Assembly (NCBI GenBank): GCA_016928995.1
Contig: JAFGJS010000037.1
Span: 5,895 to 69,894, forward strand
From: Candidatus Sumerlaeota bacterium
GTDB taxonomy: Bacteria > Sumerlaeota > Sumerlaeia > JAFGJS01
Reading direction: 5' to 3'
Length of the DNA: 64,000 nucleotides
Shown here: positions 22,000 to 31,326 of the stretch, one piece after another
Numbering within the stretch: the first letter of the stretch is position 1
Layout of the letters: the number at the start of each line of letters is the position of its first letter
Notes under the pieces: model-generated
Databases searched by the model: none
What the model was told of the DNA's origin: nothing
Seen by the model: only the letters and a program-made list of their open reading frames with translations
Made by a program: the position numbers and the translations under genes

Positions 22000-22184
22000 G
22001 ATTATTCTTCGCTCCTTGAGTATTTGAATCTCGATAGTTCGATTCGGATTGAATGAACGCTTCGCCCATCCGCGGGCTATACGTAACTTCGCGCCGCTGC
22101 CCGGAAGTCAGGCGCGGCGCGAAAAGCCGGGAATTGCTGACACCGGCGGACTCCCTCTGCTGAAAAGAACCGGCAAGAATGGAA

Positions 22185-23141
22185 TTATTCGCTCTCGCCC
22201 GCTTCGTCGTTCTGCTCCAGAGGCTCGGCCGCGGGGATTTCGCTGGCGGCGTCTTCCTCTTCCGGCATCGGCTTGGAGTATTGGTCGGGATTGTAATCCG
22301 CGTATTTCTCGTCGATTTCCGCGGCGGACAGCGCATGCGTCTCCGGCGTCGCGCTCATGGCGGCCGGAAGCGCGCCTTCCGCGCGTTGAGCCATGCCTTC
22401 AATCGTGGCGTCGGCGATCAGATGGGCGATCAGTTTGATCGCGCGGATCGCGTCGTCGTTGCCCGGAATAATCACGTCGATCGGATCGGGATCGCAGTTC
22501 GTGTCCACCACGGCCACGATCGGGATGCCCAGGCGTTTGCATTCGCGCACGGTGATCGCTTCTTTGTGCGGATCGATGATGAAGACCAGATCGGGCAGGC
22601 GCTCCATGTGCTTCACGCCGGCCAGGTATTTGTCCAGGTGGTTGCGCTCGCGCAGCAGCATCGCCTGTTCTTTTTTCTTGAACTGCTCGATTTCGCCGTC
22701 GGCGATCATTTTTTCCAGTACGATCAGCCGCTTGATGCTGTTGCGCACGGTCTGGAAGTTGGTCAGCATGCCGCCCAGCCAGCGATTGATCACGTAGTAC
22801 ATGTTGCAGCTGACCGCCGCTTCCTGGATCGATTCCTTGGCTTGCTTTTTCGTGCCCACAAAGAGGACGGTCTTGCCTTCCGCCGCGCAATCGCGCACAA
22901 AGGCGTAAGCCTCGCGGAGCATCTTCAGCGTTTTCTTCAGGTCGATGATGTAAATGCCGTTGCGCTCGGTGTAGATGTATTTCTTCATCTTGGGGTTCCA
23001 GCGGCGGCTTTGATGGCCGAAGTGGACGCCCGCTTCGAGCAATTGCTTCATGGACACGCCGCCTTGCGCGACTTCCGACTGGCGCGGGGCGGGTCTTCCG
23101 TGGGGAATTGGGTTGACTTCTGTTGCGATGTTTTCTGGCAT
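22185..23141 (-). CDS. rpsB: 30S ribosomal protein S2 with N- and C-terminal extensions
   Basis: [35 protein letters not shown]. Confidence 0.98.
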   Translation of the reverse strand: MPENIATEVNPIPHGRPAPRQSEVAQGGVSMKQLLEAGVHFGHQSRRWNPKMKKYIYTERNGIYIIDLKKTLKMLREAYAFVRDCAAEGKTVLFVGTKKQAKESIQEAAVSCNMYYVINRWLGGMLTNFQTVRNSIKRLIVLEKMIADGEIEQFKKKEQAMLLRERNHLDKYLAGVKHMERLPDLVFIIDPHKEAITVRECKRLGIPIVAVVDTNCDPDPIDVIIPGNDDAIRAIKLIAHLIADATIEGMAQRAEGALPAAMSATPETHALSAAEIDEKYADYNPDQYSKPMPEEEDAASEIPAAEPLEQNDEAGESE

Positions 23142-23144
23142 TTT

Positions 23145-23229
23145 GGTTCATCCTCCGTCTCTTTCTTCGATCACCGGACCCTGTCGTGTTTTGACGGGGC
23201 ACCTCGGCGTCATCCAGAGACGTGTGTGA
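23145..23229 (-). ncRNA. rpsB leader (t44 / S2 autoregulatory leader)
   Basis: Minus strand CACACACG...GCCGAGGTGCC...GGGTCCGGTG...GACGGAGG...AACC directly 5' of rpsB resembles the conserved S2 leader; recognised by eye. Confidence 0.65.
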
Positions 23230-23535
23230 TTATATTCAGTTTTTACATAAAAACCGGCCTAAAGCCGAAAAAAGGATGCATACCTAATCATGCGCTTCGG
23301 CGGCTTGCAAGCAAAAAAAGAGTGGAAAATGCATGTTTTGCGGATATTTCGACCGGGTTTGCAGGGGTGTTAATTTATACAACTGTTTGTTGACACAACT
23401 AACCTGATTGCCGCAAAATAAGTCTATTAAAAACATGGCGCCTCTTGTGCGATGGTTTGTGTTTTGCAGAAGTCTCCTCCGCAACGAGTCGTTGAAGGGT
23501 TTTACAATTATTATTTGATAAGGAACGATGCTGCA

Positions 23536-24291
23536 ATGCAAAGACTGAAACACGCAATTCTAGCGCTGGGAATCGCCATCTTGCCGCTCTCTGGAGCGCA
23601 ATCCGTTTATGCACAACTGCCATCTGGCGCGGATTTTGAATCTCCAGAGTATGCTCTGGGGGCTTTGAATCATGCGGATTGGACGTTGCATGGCGACGGC
23701 AGCGCCTTGGTTCAAAGCTCGGAGGTGTATGAAGGCAGCGCGGCGTTGGAACTCACCAGCGGCACCACGGTGAGTTACGATGTGGATTCCACCGAGGACG
23801 TGGTTTGGGTCAATGGCTGGCAGAAAGCCAGTTCCACTGGCGAATTGCCTGATCTGACTCAGTTCACCAGCGGCTCTGCGCTGATGGTTTTCCGCGATGA
23901 CGCGATCATGTGCCTGGATGGCGACGGCGCGGGCAGCGGCACGTGGACTTCGGTGATGAGCTCGCCGTCCAACGATTGGATTCAGGTTTCACTGCGGTTG
24001 GATTACACGGCTCTCACCTATGAATGCTATCTTAACGGGGCGTTGGTTGGCAGCGACCTCGGTTTTCTGTATAATTCGACGTCCATGTTGAACGGTTTCA
24101 CCGCGCATGCCGGAAACGCCAGTTCCTTTCTGGACGATATTGAATTCAGCACGGTCGTGGCCACGCTGACAAAATCCGACATCATCAATCATTTGATGGG
24201 CGTTGTGTTTTTATCCGGGGCGGAATACCGTTCCGCGGACATCAACCAAGACGACGCGCGCGACGTGGCGGATGTGCTGCTCGCGCCATAG
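23536..24291 (+). CDS. Secreted beta-rich protein with C-terminal dockerin/EF-hand-like tail
   Basis: Signal peptide MQRLKHAILALGIAILPLSGA; ADFESPEY and SFLDDIEF lectin-like strands; C-terminal ADINQDDARDVADVL. Confidence 0.7.
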   Translation: MQRLKHAILALGIAILPLSGAQSVYAQLPSGADFESPEYALGALNHADWTLHGDGSALVQSSEVYEGSAALELTSGTTVSYDVDSTEDVVWVNGWQKASSTGELPDLTQFTSGSALMVFRDDAIMCLDGDGAGSGTWTSVMSSPSNDWIQVSLRLDYTALTYECYLNGALVGSDLGFLYNSTSMLNGFTAHAGNASSFLDDIEFSTVVATLTKSDIINHLMGVVFLSGAEYRSADINQDDARDVADVLLAP

Positions 24292-24330
24292 CGCCGCATA
24301 ACCAGCCATGATCGATATTTTAGAACACTC

Positions 24331-24368
24331 ACTCCGGCGAGCAGCGACGCTCGCCGGGGTTTTGATTT
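24331..24368 (+). terminator. Intrinsic terminator
   Basis: ACTCCGGCGAGC/GCTCGCCGGGGT followed by TTTGATTT. Confidence 0.7.
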
Positions 24369-24530
24369 GATCGCAGTTTGATCTCTGGTTTTCGCGGGCG
24401 CGAGATCTTTCCCTTGACGAAAAGCACCGAGTTGTTGGATCATGCTTGCTTGGACCTTGTAGACGCCTGAGTGCAGCGCAGTCAACAAGGTCCATCAACA
24501 GAATCCATATAGGACTTGGAGGACTTTCGC

Positions 24531-25157
24531 ATGGCACATCAACTCCCTGCTTTACCATACGCATATGACGCGCTGGAGCCGCATATCGACGCGCGCACCG
24601 TGGAAATCCATCACGATAAGCATCACAATGCTTACGTGACGAACTTGAATGCTGCGCTGGAAGGCCATCCTGAGTTGCAGGATAAACCCCTTACCGAACT
24701 GCTGTCGGATTTGTCAGCCGTGCCGGAGTCGATCCGCATGGCGGTGCGCAACAATGGCGGCGGCGTATGGAATCACAATCTGTATTGGCAATGCATGTCT
24801 GGCGACGGCGGCGGCGAGCCGACCGGCGAGCTGGCCGGGGCGATTAAGCGCGACCTGGGCGGTTTCGCGGCGTTCAAGGAGCAATTCACCAAGGCGGGGG
24901 CTACGCGCTTCGGCTCGGGCTGGGCCTGGCTGTGCGTCGGCGGCGCCGGTAAACTGTGCGTCTGCTCCACGCCGAACCAGGATATTCCGATCATGAAGGG
25001 CGTGGCGGATTGCCCCGGAACTCCGATCCTGACGATGGACGTCTGGGAGCACTCCTACTACCTCAAATATCAGAACCGCCGGCCGGATTACATCGCGGCG
25101 TTTTTCAATGTGATTAACTGGAGCCAGGTGGCGGATCATTACGCAGCTGCGAAGTAA
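24531..25157 (+). CDS. sodA: Superoxide dismutase, Fe/Mn family (Mn-type signature)
   Basis: [34 protein letters not shown]; ATG at 24531 after GGAGG. Confidence 0.93.
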   Translation: MAHQLPALPYAYDALEPHIDARTVEIHHDKHHNAYVTNLNAALEGHPELQDKPLTELLSDLSAVPESIRMAVRNNGGGVWNHNLYWQCMSGDGGGEPTGELAGAIKRDLGGFAAFKEQFTKAGATRFGSGWAWLCVGGAGKLCVCSTPNQDIPIMKGVADCPGTPILTMDVWEHSYYLKYQNRRPDYIAAFFNVINWSQVADHYAAAK

Positions 25158-25189
25158 GCGCTGTTGATTTTCTGCTTTCATGCAACTCA

Positions 25190-25240
25190 AGCGGCCGGAT
25201 GGCGTCGAAAGAAAAGACGCCGCCGGTCGCTTTTCTTTTT
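25190..25240 (+). terminator. Intrinsic terminator after sod
   Basis: AAGCGGCCGG..GGCGTC/GACGCC.GCCGGTCGCTT followed by a T-rich tract. Confidence 0.7.
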
Positions 25241-25298
25241 GACCCTTCGGCCGGATGCGGCGTATGAGATGGTAATCCGGAAAGATCGGAGCTTCCCC

Positions 25299-25862
25299 AT
25301 GAATCATGAAGAGCATCACGGCAGTCCGGCCGATTCAGCCCGGCCGCAGTTAAGCGCGGAGGACGGAGAGCGTGTGCAACTGGGCATCCGTTGCGCGCAG
25401 CAGATCAAAACCTATGGCAACTGGCTGAATTGGCTCGCGGGATTGATTGTGCTGTATGTCTTGTTCCTCAAAACGGCAGGATTTTATTTCCCGGTGGGGC
25501 GCACATACATTCCCAATTACCTGCATCAAGTTTTGATGCAGAGCAATCCTGGCGTGAGCGATGACTCGCTGGCGTTGATCTTGATTCTGGGATTGGCGGC
25601 GGTTTTTTTCATGCTGGGCCAGCTCGCCGTGCGCACGCTGAAACTCGCCTGGCTTTGCCTTGCGCTGGGTTTTCTGATTTACGGCGCCGATCTTGCGGCG
25701 CTGTACTGGCTTCATTTCATGAAGAACAATCACTATTTAGATCTGGTGATCGGCATCGAAGCGGCGTTTCATTTGTTTGTGCTGGCGATGTTCGCGCTGG
25801 GAGTTATCGCGGGTTTGCGTTACAACGCCGTGGCGCGCAAAGAGATGTTTGCTCAGTATTGA
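25299..25862 (+). CDS. Hypothetical membrane protein (about 4 TM)
   Basis: Four hydrophobic stretches; ATG at 25299 after GGAG. Confidence 0.7.
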   Translation: MNHEEHHGSPADSARPQLSAEDGERVQLGIRCAQQIKTYGNWLNWLAGLIVLYVLFLKTAGFYFPVGRTYIPNYLHQVLMQSNPGVSDDSLALILILGLAAVFFMLGQLAVRTLKLAWLCLALGFLIYGADLAALYWLHFMKNNHYLDLVIGIEAAFHLFVLAMFALGVIAGLRYNAVARKEMFAQY

Positions 25863-25904
25863 ATTGGTTTTGGATTTCGAATATCACTGCTAGAATTTAA
25901 TCCT

Positions 25905-27056
25905 ATGCTGGAATCGCTAAAATTTTCCCGGCGGCAATTGGGCGAACTCGACTGGCTGATGCTGCTTTGCGTGCTGGGGCTGACGTGGATTGGCTTGTTC
26001 ACGATTGACGGTTCGCTGTTTCCGGTTGAGGCGGACCGGGCGGAGGCGGCCGGCGCGGAGATCCCGCTCGTGGCGTCGCTGGCGGCGAAGCAGTTCGTAT
26101 TTTGGATTCTCAGCCTGGGCGCGTTGATCGCCGCTGTTGTGATTGATTATCGCGTGCTGAAGAAAATCGCCTGGCTGCTGTACATCGTCGGCATCGCGGC
26201 GCTCGTTTTTCTGCTGATCCGGCAGGAGACGATCAAAGGCGCTTCATCGTGGTTTAAACTCGGGCCGCTGCGCTTGCAGCCGTCTGAGTTCGTAAAGATT
26301 TCGACGGTGGCCGCGCTGGCGCTGTGGCTGTCCAAGCGTCCGGGGGAGACCAAGGGCTGGGCGCAATTGATCGTTCCCATGTTGATCGCCGGCGTGCCAT
26401 TCGTCTTGATCTACGAGCAACCGGACATCGGCACGGCGGCGATATTCCTTCCCGTGACGTTTGCAATGGTCTGGGCCGCCGGTCTGCGCAAGCGCTATGT
26501 GCTGGCGGCTGCGGTGGCTTTCATGCTGGCCGCGATTGTGATCTATCCTCGCCTCAAGGAATACCAGAAGCAGCGCATCGAGGTGTTCCTGAATCCCGAG
26601 GCGGATCCGCAGCATGCGGGCTACAATATCATTCAGGCGCAGATCACGATTGGATCGGGGCAGCTCTTCGGCAAGGGCTGGCGCGAGGGGACGCAATCGC
26701 GCTGGGAGTATCTGCCGGAGAACCATACGGACTTTATTTTTTGCAGCCTCGTGGAGCAGTTCGGCTTTGTGGGCGCTGCGGTTGTCTTGGGATTGTACTT
26801 GGCGATCCTGCTGCGCGCATTGGCCATCGCGCAGACATCAGCGGAGTGGTTCGGCTCGTATCTGACGATCGGTTTGGTTGCGATCATCCTCACGCATATC
26901 CTGCTGAACGTGGGGATGGTGCTGCGTATTTTTCCCGTGACGGGGCTGCCGTTGCCATTCTTGAGCTACGGCGGTTCGTTTTTATTGGCGAATTATATCG
27001 TATTTGGCTTGATTCTGAATGTCGGCATCCGAAAAGAGTACTATGATTATACATAA
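25905..27056 (+). CDS. rodA: Rod shape-determining SEDS glycosyltransferase RodA
   Basis: LQPSEFVK, QPDIGTA, GYNIIQAQITIGSG, LPENHTDFIF, GLPLPFLSYGGS. Confidence 0.93.
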   Translation: MLESLKFSRRQLGELDWLMLLCVLGLTWIGLFTIDGSLFPVEADRAEAAGAEIPLVASLAAKQFVFWILSLGALIAAVVIDYRVLKKIAWLLYIVGIAALVFLLIRQETIKGASSWFKLGPLRLQPSEFVKISTVAALALWLSKRPGETKGWAQLIVPMLIAGVPFVLIYEQPDIGTAAIFLPVTFAMVWAAGLRKRYVLAAAVAFMLAAIVIYPRLKEYQKQRIEVFLNPEADPQHAGYNIIQAQITIGSGQLFGKGWREGTQSRWEYLPENHTDFIFCSLVEQFGFVGAAVVLGLYLAILLRALAIAQTSAEWFGSYLTIGLVAIILTHILLNVGMVLRIFPVTGLPLPFLSYGGSFLLANYIVFGLILNVGIRKEYYDYT

Positions 27057-27238
27057 GTCGCATCAGCTGATGATGGATTCCGGGCGGATGCAATGATATG
27101 CTTTTTTTATGCTTGGTTCGTTTTAGTATTTTAGATCCATTCAGGATTGACTTTTGCTTGTCCGGATCACACAATGAATGATCTATCGCTTTAGGGATGA
27201 ATCGCACGACTTAATCAAATAAAGGAACGGAGAGTCAC

Positions 27239-27793
27239 ATGATGAACATCACTCGCAAACTCACCTGCGGCCTGCTTCTGATGATTTTTGCCGCCGTTTT
27301 CATGACGGCATGCAACGACAAAGGCCAAACCCAACGTCAGCAAAAAGAGCAGATCATCACGGAGATGGACGCCAAACTCGATGCCATTATCAAGTCTTAC
27401 AGTGCGATCGAGGCCGAACTGAGCGCTACGAATGCGCAGATCAACAGCCTGCAAAGCAAGGTCAACAACATGAAGGTCTTGATGACGGAGTATCAGGATC
27501 TGAAGCAGCAATTGACCGGCGAGACCGTGGATCTGGGCGCTGCGGCTCCGGCGGAAGCGGCTCCCAGCGCGCGCGGCTCCGTGCCGGTTAAAGCCGTGCT
27601 CGGGATTGTGCTCGCCATTTTCATCATTGTCGTGCTGCTGCTGTTCTACGTGCAGGCCAAGACGGAGCGGATGCGCGAGTGGGATGAGGAAGACGACGAC
27701 GACAGCGAAATTTACAATGCGGACGACGAAGAGGAGAAGACCGAGGAGAAGACGAAGGAATCGAAGCCGAAGGATGAAAAGAAGGACGAATAA
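27239..27793 (+). CDS. Hypothetical lipoprotein with coiled coil, second TM helix and acidic tail
   Basis: Lipobox-like FMTAC; heptad-rich segment; TM VLGIVLAIFIIVVLLLFYV; D/E/K-rich C-terminus; RBS GGAG. Confidence 0.8.
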   Translation: MMNITRKLTCGLLLMIFAAVFMTACNDKGQTQRQQKEQIITEMDAKLDAIIKSYSAIEAELSATNAQINSLQSKVNNMKVLMTEYQDLKQQLTGETVDLGAAAPAEAAPSARGSVPVKAVLGIVLAIFIIVVLLLFYVQAKTERMREWDEEDDDDSEIYNADDEEEKTEEKTKESKPKDEKKDE

Positions 27794-27821
27794 CCGGCGC
27801 GTCTGTATCATTCTGGAATCA

Positions 27822-27859
27822 AAACCGCCGCTGGATCGTTGCGTTTCCAGCGGCGGTTT
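27822..27859 (+). terminator. Hairpin terminator
   Basis: AAACCGCCGCTGGA/TCCAGCGGCGGTTT. Confidence 0.7.
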
Positions 27860-27980
27860 CAATGTTGGGATGGGATTGGGATCAATGCATCTCTTAAAAT
27901 TACATCCGCATCCTTTAAATGCGGCACAGCCGCCCTCGGCTGTGTTCTTTTTCCATTCGGACATAACTTAAGAGACGCGA

Positions 27981-28004
27981 TAAGATTAGGATTAGGATTA
28001 AGAT
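27981..28004. repeat. Hexamer tandem repeat TARGAT x4
   Basis: TAAGAT TAGGAT TAGGAT TAAGAT, ending 8 nt before the waaF ATG. Confidence 0.75.
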
Positions 28005-28012
28005 TTATTGAT

Positions 28013-29050
28013 ATGGGCTCCAGTATTTTCATTAAAAGCGTGAATTGGATCGGCGATGCGATCATGACGACGCCGGCGATCCGGCGGTTGCGGCGGGAGT
28101 ATCCGGCGGCGCGAATCGTCGTCGCCGCGCGGCCGTGGGTTGCGCCGGTGCTCGATGACAATCCGGACATCAATGAAGTCTGGATCGAGCAGCCGGAAAA
28201 TGGACGGGGCGCGCGCAAGACGCTGCTAAGCCGGCTGCGCGAAGAGCCGTTCGAACTGGGCATCGCCTTCCCGAATTCCTTCGGTTCGGCGTGGCTGCTC
28301 AAGCAGGGCGGCGTACGGCAGCGCATCGGCTATGCGCGCGACCTGCGCGCATGGCTGCTCACGGACGCGGTGAAATGCACAAAGGCGATCCGTCGCGTGC
28401 ACGAGGTGCATTATTATCGCAACCTGCTGCGCGTGCTGATGGAGATCGACGACGAGGGCGACAAACCTCAACTTGTGCTGCCCGTGAATCTTGATGCGGC
28501 GCGCAAGGTGGACCAGGCGTTGCGCGATGAGGGCATGGAAGGGGATGAGCCGCTGATCGGCGTGAATCCCGGCGCGTTTTTTGGTTCGGCGAAGCGCTGG
28601 CTGCCGGAGCGGTTCGCCGCAGCGGCGGATGCGCTGGCCGGAAGGCTGGACGGGCGGATCGTGATCACCGGCGCGCCGAACGAGCGGGAGACAGGCGAGG
28701 CGATCCGGGCGCTGTGCACAAGGCCAGCGATTAATTTAGCCGGGCGGTTGAACCTGAAAGGCGCCGTGGCGTTGATCGGACGCCTGCGCGTGATGTTGAC
28801 CAATGATTCGGGCGCGATGCACATCGGCGCGGCGCTAGGCGTGCCGATGGTCGCCATTTTCGGCTCCACGGATTGGCGCACGACGTATCCCTACAGCGAT
28901 GCGGCGCGGATTGTGCGCAGGGACACGCCCTGCGCGCCGTGCATGCTGCGCGAATGCCCCATCGACCATCGCTGCATGAAGGACGTATCCGTGGACGATG
29001 TGTTGACTGCGGCCGAGGAATTATTAGCAGCTGTTTCTATGGGGCGATGA
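28013..29050 (+). CDS. waaF: Lipopolysaccharide heptosyltransferase II (GT9)
   Basis: NWIGDAIMTTP, PNSFGSA, NPGAFFGSAKRW, TNDSGAMHIGAALG, CAPCMLRECP. Confidence 0.92.
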   Translation: MGSSIFIKSVNWIGDAIMTTPAIRRLRREYPAARIVVAARPWVAPVLDDNPDINEVWIEQPENGRGARKTLLSRLREEPFELGIAFPNSFGSAWLLKQGGVRQRIGYARDLRAWLLTDAVKCTKAIRRVHEVHYYRNLLRVLMEIDDEGDKPQLVLPVNLDAARKVDQALRDEGMEGDEPLIGVNPGAFFGSAKRWLPERFAAAADALAGRLDGRIVITGAPNERETGEAIRALCTRPAINLAGRLNLKGAVALIGRLRVMLTNDSGAMHIGAALGVPMVAIFGSTDWRTTYPYSDAARIVRRDTPCAPCMLRECPIDHRCMKDVSVDDVLTAAEELLAAVSMGR

Positions 29051-29510
29051 GGCTTTCCCCTTCCGATCTTTTCTCCACTAAATTCTCCGGCGTGTAGGGC
29101 TTGACTGTGAATTTCAATTTCGACAGGTCGATCTGGGCGCAGTCCAGGTTGATCGTCAGGTCCGTCCGCAGCGTCCTGCTGTTTTGCGAAATGCTGAAAC
29201 TGACTTTGGCATCCTCAATATGCGCAAAGCACACATTGACATCCAGGCGCGCCTCGTCTGTGAGAGTTTCGATCGCCTTGCCGATGGCCTTTACGGATCC
29301 ACAATATTGCTGAGTGGAGAATTCATTGACAAAGATCCCTTTCTTAAAGGCCGCTTCTTTGGAGTTCAGGAATTCAACCGTGGCCCTGATGCCTTCTTCT
29401 GTCGCACCCGGTCCGGGCGCGATGCTTGGCTCCATCGATCCGCTCGCCGGCCAGACATGTATCGTCCCGCATACGGCAAGCGCAGTAAACAATGCCAGGC
29501 TGCGTTTCAT
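29037..29510 (-). CDS. Hypothetical secreted protein
   Basis: Signal peptide-like N-terminus; RBS GGAGG; 14 nt downstream of the HtrA gene. Confidence 0.65.
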   Translation of the reverse strand: MKRSLALFTALAVCGTIHVWPASGSMEPSIAPGPGATEEGIRATVEFLNSKEAAFKKGIFVNEFSTQQYCGSVKAIGKAIETLTDEARLDVNVCFAHIEDAKVSFSISQNSRTLRTDLTINLDCAQIDLSKLKFTVKPYTPENLVEKRSEGESLIAP

Positions 29511-29524
29511 GATTCATCCTCCGA

Positions 29525-30958
29525 TTATGGATTTTGCTGGAGTGTGATAATGATCCAGCCGTTGCTCGAACGAAGTTTAAGCAGCAAAGGCTTGCCTGCT
29601 TCCGCGGCGGCTACGGCTTGCTGAAAGTCATCCACGCTTTCAACCGGCTGGCGATTGACTTCCTGCAGCAGCATGTTCAGCCGCACGCCAGCGCGCCAGG
29701 CCGCGCCGTCCCGGTCGATTTCCACCACGCGCAAGCCGTTCATCCCGCCATAGCCGAGTTTGCTGGCGGCGCGGATGGTCAGCGGACGCGCCGTGATGCC
29801 GAAACCCAAATCCGCATCGTCCACCTCGCCGCTGTCGTAGATTTTAATTTCCGGCGGAAGCTCGCTGTCTTTTTTGCCATCGTCGGTTTTTTCCGGCCGC
29901 TGGCCCAGTTTGAATCTGGCGGTCGAGCGTTCGCCGTCGCGCCAGAACTCGAAGACCGTCTCCACGCCGGCGCCCGCCAGCGCGGCGGCTGAGCGGACTT
30001 CCTCCTTATCCGTCGCGGGTTGTCCGTTGAACTCGGTGATGATGTCGTAGGGCTGCAAATGCCCGTCGGCCGGAGAGCCGGGCGCGACGAAGTTGACGAT
30101 CACGCCCTGTTCCGTCTTGACTCCGAGCCAATCGGCGACGCCTTTGCGCAAGTCGCTGATGGAAATGCCCATGTAGCCGCGCATCACCTTGCCGCTTTCG
30201 CGCAGCTGCTCCGCGATGCGCATCGCGTCGTTGATCGGGATGGCGAAATTCAAACCCTGGCTGCCGCCGGACGAGCTGAGGATGAAAGTATTGACGCCGA
30301 TCGCCTCGCCGCGCGAGTTGATCAGCGGGCCGCCGCTGTTGCCCTGATTGATCGACGTGTCGGTCTGCAGGAACTTGCCGTATTCCGTCACCTGCATGCC
30401 CTTGCGGTTCACGGCGCTGATGATGCCCAGCGTCACGGTTTGATCCAAGCCCTGTGGGCTGCCGATGGCGATGGCGAAGTGGCCGGGCTTGACGGCGGAC
30501 GAATCGCCGATGGGCAGCACGGCGAAGGGAGTGCGCGATTCGATTTTCAGCACGGCGACCTCAGTGGCCGGATCGGAGCCGAGGAGTTCCGCTTCGTATT
30601 CCGCGCCGTTCTTGAAGACGATGTCGATTTCATCCATGCCCGCGATCACGTGGCTGTTGGTGACGATGACGCCGTTGGGATCGACCACGAAGCCGCTGCC
30701 GATGGCGGATTTCGGCTGATCGGAGCCGGGGCCGGGCATCGGCCGCAGCCGGCTGCGCTCGCTGTCGCCGCTCTTGCCGCGCGCCTTGATCTGCACCACA
30801 GCCGTTTGAGCCTGCTCCACGATCTGGGCGACTTCAGTCTCAAGTTGTTGCATCAGGCTGGCCGCGGCTGGCGCCTCCTGCGCTTCCATCTGTTGCGAAG
30901 GATAAGCGATGATGAGTGTGATGAAGATGGTGATGGCGAGGATTGACTTGTCAGCCAT
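29525..30958 (-). CDS. HtrA/DegP-family serine protease with two PDZ domains
   Basis: GSGFVV, TNSHV, QTDTSINQGNSGGPL, two PDZ-like segments; signal peptide. Confidence 0.95.
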   Translation of the reverse strand: MADKSILAITIFITLIIAYPSQQMEAQEAPAAASLMQQLETEVAQIVEQAQTAVVQIKARGKSGDSERSRLRPMPGPGSDQPKSAIGSGFVVDPNGVIVTNSHVIAGMDEIDIVFKNGAEYEAELLGSDPATEVAVLKIESRTPFAVLPIGDSSAVKPGHFAIAIGSPQGLDQTVTLGIISAVNRKGMQVTEYGKFLQTDTSINQGNSGGPLINSRGEAIGVNTFILSSSGGSQGLNFAIPINDAMRIAEQLRESGKVMRGYMGISISDLRKGVADWLGVKTEQGVIVNFVAPGSPADGHLQPYDIITEFNGQPATDKEEVRSAAALAGAGVETVFEFWRDGERSTARFKLGQRPEKTDDGKKDSELPPEIKIYDSGEVDDADLGFGITARPLTIRAASKLGYGGMNGLRVVEIDRDGAAWRAGVRLNMLLQEVNRQPVESVDDFQQAVAAAEAGKPLLLKLRSSNGWIIITLQQNP

Positions 30959-31326
30959 TGTGATTCTCCCGAACTCTGGCGAATTATTTCCGGTCTATAT
31001 GCGAATCTAAAGCATAGCGGAACAATGCAGAAAAAGGCAAGGGCAAGAACGCGTTATTCGGATCCGGTTAATGTTCAGACGCGATCCACGCAAGAATCTT
31101 ATGGATTATATACAATGTATGCGTTAGCGTGGTAATTAACGTTTTTTGCGTGGGGCTATGCAGGAAATGTGAACCTTGCCTCTCATCATTGCTTTATGCG
31201 CATCCATTGTCGAGATTAAGTCGTTATTTTTCAGATAAATAGGACAGGATTGAGTTCCACGGAGACGGCGCCGTTTTTGCATCGGTTTATGGCATCTCTA
31301 TCAAATGATGCGGATTGGAGCGGATC

